Shown here: positions 63,839-64,000 of the stretch, in pieces
Numbering within the stretch: the first letter of the stretch is position 1
Layout of the letters: the number at the start of each line of letters is the position of its first letter
NCBI GenBank assembly: GCA_950097015.1
Contig: CATNEN010000014.1
Location: forward strand, 1,922,001 to 1,986,000
From: Macrostomum hystrix
Taxonomy: Eukaryota; Animalia; Platyhelminthes
DNA length: 64,000 bases
Direction: 5' to 3'
Translations under genes and position numbers: made by a program
Notes under the pieces: model-generated
The model's database searches: none
What the model was told of the DNA's origin: nothing
Seen by the model: only the letters and a program-made list of their open reading frames with translations

Positions 63839-64000
63839 GTGCATTGATTTATGACCAAGTGTGTGTGCGCAAGACCAGCTCCTTCGGCCCATAGACAATA
63901 CCCGTCTGGGATTTACTGCATAGTAGCTCAGAAGAGGGATGGCACGGAGATCAAGTGGAGTATCATTTACCGCACAGTTGCGGAATTTACTGCACACTTC

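Overview
Eukaryotic (animal) genomic DNA with GC-rich exons and introns dense in minisatellites. The style suggests an invertebrate such as the flatworm Macrostomum, which is an unverified inference. All gene models were built by hand from GT-AG junctions with reading-phase checks. In order: the last two exons of VPS50/syndetin (+); an intronless OAMB-like octopamine GPCR (+); a 16-exon AMPA/kainate-type ionotropic glutamate receptor (-), followed downstream by a second, diverged S2-end/M4 exon module; a GPRIN-like (GRIN_C) gene (-); UBE2L3 (+); a prokaryote-type class I aspartate aminotransferase (-); UBE2D (-); a decayed RPA1 fragment (-); a spliced gene fusing 13 ankyrin repeats to a cGAS-like/Mab-21 nucleotidyltransferase with an intact catalytic motif (-); and a young but defective Ty3/Gypsy LTR element (-). 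Two MITEs and many tandem arrays are also present. Most long ORFs in the supplied track are repeat or antisense artefacts. The best leads are the ankyrin-cGLR fusion with a possible intron-retention membrane anchor, the duplicated iGluR 3' module, and tandem arrays that multiply splice sites.
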